Shown here in pieces: positions 61,877 to 64,000 of a DNA stretch of 64,000 bases; positions within the stretch are counted from its first letter, which is position 1, and each line of letters starts with the position of its first letter. Source of the DNA: Mobula birostris (lineage: Eukaryota); assembly GCF_030028105.1 (NCBI RefSeq), contig NC_092395.1, forward strand, positions 33,014,424 through 33,078,423, in the 5' to 3' direction. The position numbers were made by a program, and so were the translations under genes. The notes under the pieces were generated by a model. It ran no database searches. It saw only the letters and a list, made by a program, of their open reading frames with translations, and was not told the origin of the DNA.

Positions 61877-62804
61877 AATCCAAAGTACAGATGTTGATAT
61901 TGCAGTACCATTTCACGATTAAAGAATGAAAAGTTAAAAACATACTTTTGCAGCACTTTTTACGTACCAGCCATAAACATGATGGCATAAGTCAGCAGGC
62001 TCATCTTCAGTGCACCTTCATTTATATACTTCATCCTGCAGAAGACTGAGTGAATGAAGTTTAGATGCTGCGTGATGCAGCTGAGTCATACAAGCCACAG
62101 GGACCCAATCTCAATTTCAATTTGCAATTTCTATCATAATTGTGTTCAGCAATTCTGACTCACACCTCAACTTCCTGAATGCTTCCAGGCTTTTTGCAGT
62201 TCCTGATCAACTTTCTCCATCTCCTTACAGAGAAACAATCAGTCCTAAACAGAACCAGATCTTCTTGTGATTCACCGAATCAATCAACTTTCACTCCACA
62301 AACTTGCATAGGAATTTCTTCCATGGAAATGTGAGGTAACTAGAGTCCCTTTGAAAGAGAGAACAAATAATCTTAAAACTGAACAGAGCTAACATGAATT
62401 GCTAATTAAAATGGGTTTGAAAACAAACTTCCAGCCCTTTATGAGTTGGATTTCTGCCAACACCACAATCAAGCTCATTTTACATTAATCGAAAAGCAAA
62501 GAAAAACTCCAGATACTGGAAATCTGGAATAAAAGCAGAAAAAGCTGGAGATTTTTCATCAAGCCGATCCACTGAGAAATTTCTAGCATTTTCTGTTTTA
62601 ATTTCATTTTATATTAACATGATTAAAATTGCCCAGCAATTGGAATTAAGAACAGCCTATCATTTAAAACATTTCCATCTATTTCTTAATTTTGTTCCCG
62701 CTGTTTCACCACAACTAGTATTTTATCGCATTAAGTGTCTATTCTATGTTCTTTTGAATCTTACTATTGAGCCTATTTCCACTACCCTTTATATATTTTT
62801 TTAT

Positions 62805-63042
62805 TATTTAGAGATACAGCACGGCAACAGGTCCTTCCGGCCCAACAAGACTGTGCTGCCCAATTACATCCATGTGATCAATTAACCTATTGACCCCCAG
62901 GTTTTTGGAATGTGGGAGGAAACCCATGTGGTCATGGGGAGAACGTACAAACTCCTTACGGACAGCAGGGGGAATTGAACCTGCAGTCAATCACTGGTGC
63001 TCGAATAGCGTTACGCTAACCACTACATTATTGTGCCGCCCC
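62805..63042 (-). mobile_element. V-SINE/HE1-like SINE
   Basis: Reverse core tgtgggaggaaacccatgtggtcatggggagaacgtacaaactcc; head ...ttattgtgccgcccc. Confidence 0.88.
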
Positions 63043-63129
63043 CTAGTTTTATGGTGCACATTCCAGATGGCAACTCAAAACAACTCATGTCATTATCGAT
63101 TTTTCTACCAAACACCTTAAACCTGGTTA

Positions 63130-64000
63130 TTTACTGGCACTGCAAACAAAACCAATATTCACAAAATGCAGGAAGAACTCAACAGGTCAGGCAGCATCCA
63201 TGGAAATGAACAAACAGTCGACATTTTGGGCTGAGACCCTTCTTCAGGGCTGGAAAGGAAGTGGGAAGACACCAGAATAAAAAGGGGGGAGGAGGAGAAG
63301 AAGGAGAGCTAGAAGGCAATAGGTGAAGCCAGATGGGTAGGAAAGGTAAAGGGCTGAAGATAAAGGAATCTGATAGGAGAGGAGAATGAACCATAGGGGA
63401 AGGGGCACCTGGGGGACATGATAGCTAAGTGAAAAGAAGTAAGAAGCTAAAGTGGGGAATAGAAGAAGGGGGAGGGGGATTTTTTTATATCGGAAGGACG
63501 AATCAATATTCATGCCGCCAGGTTGACATCTCCTCCCATCCCTTTCTAGATCTCTCTGTCTCCATCTCTGGAGACAAACTGTCAACTGACATTTTTTATA
63601 AACCTACCGATTCCCATGGCTATCTTGACTATACCTCTTCCCACCCCATCTCCTGCAAAAATGCCATTCTTTGTTTCAGTTCCTTCTCTGCCACATCTGT
63701 TCCCAGGATGAGGCTTTCCTTTCCAGATATCCTCCTTCTTCAAAGAATGGAGTTTCCCTTCACCATTTATGCTGCCCTCACCCCCGTCTCCTGCATTACC
63801 TGGACATCCATGCTCACCCCTTCTTCTAGTCCCCTCAAGAGTGATAAAGTTCCTCTTGTCCTTATCTACCACCCATTAGCCTCCACATCCAACACATTCT
63901 CCACAACTTATAAAGGGAACCTACCACCAAACACATCTTTATCTGTCACCCCCCACCACCACTCTGCTTTCCACAAGACTCGCTCCCTCTGTGATTCTCT
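63130..64000. mobile_element. Penelope-like element with inverted structure, running off the window end
   Basis: Minus segment 63130-63526 carries the 3' terminal repeat and ORF end (QPGGMNID..FR). Plus segment 63527-64000 reads PFLDLSVSISGDKLSTDIFYKPTDSHGYLDYTSSHPISCKNAI, a PLE RT thumb region. Confidence 0.85.

Overview
Eukaryotic (vertebrate) genomic DNA, not prokaryotic. The repeat inventory (HE1/V-SINE-like SINEs, CR1, Rex1/Babar, RTE, Penelope-like, Tc1, Tigger) points to a cartilaginous fish, probably a ray; this is inferred from repeat content only. The one protein-coding gene supported is the 3' half of WDR18 on the + strand: four GT-AG exons at 757-881, 36220-36386, 49250-49318 and 51601-51729 (stop), separated by introns of 35.3, 12.9 and 2.3 kb. 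Most of the rest is transposable-element debris, and most ORF-track entries are TE fragments or noise. The most notable observations are: (1) an orphan immunoglobulin heavy-chain constant-domain (IgW/IgNAR-like C1-set) fragment at 53394-53577 fused to a CR1; (2) eroded minimal hammerhead-ribozyme motifs in Penelope-like termini; (3) a candidate HDV-like ribozyme fold at the 5' end of an RTE-derived element; (4) a TSD-resolved, twin-primed RTE nested in another RTE; (5) a chimera of two Tc1 families; (6) a composite palindromic Tc1-like element carrying a LINE tail; (7) two inverted solo LTRs and a LINE polarity switch inside the large intron. All calls are by eye and TE boundaries are approximate unless a TSD or TIR is quoted.
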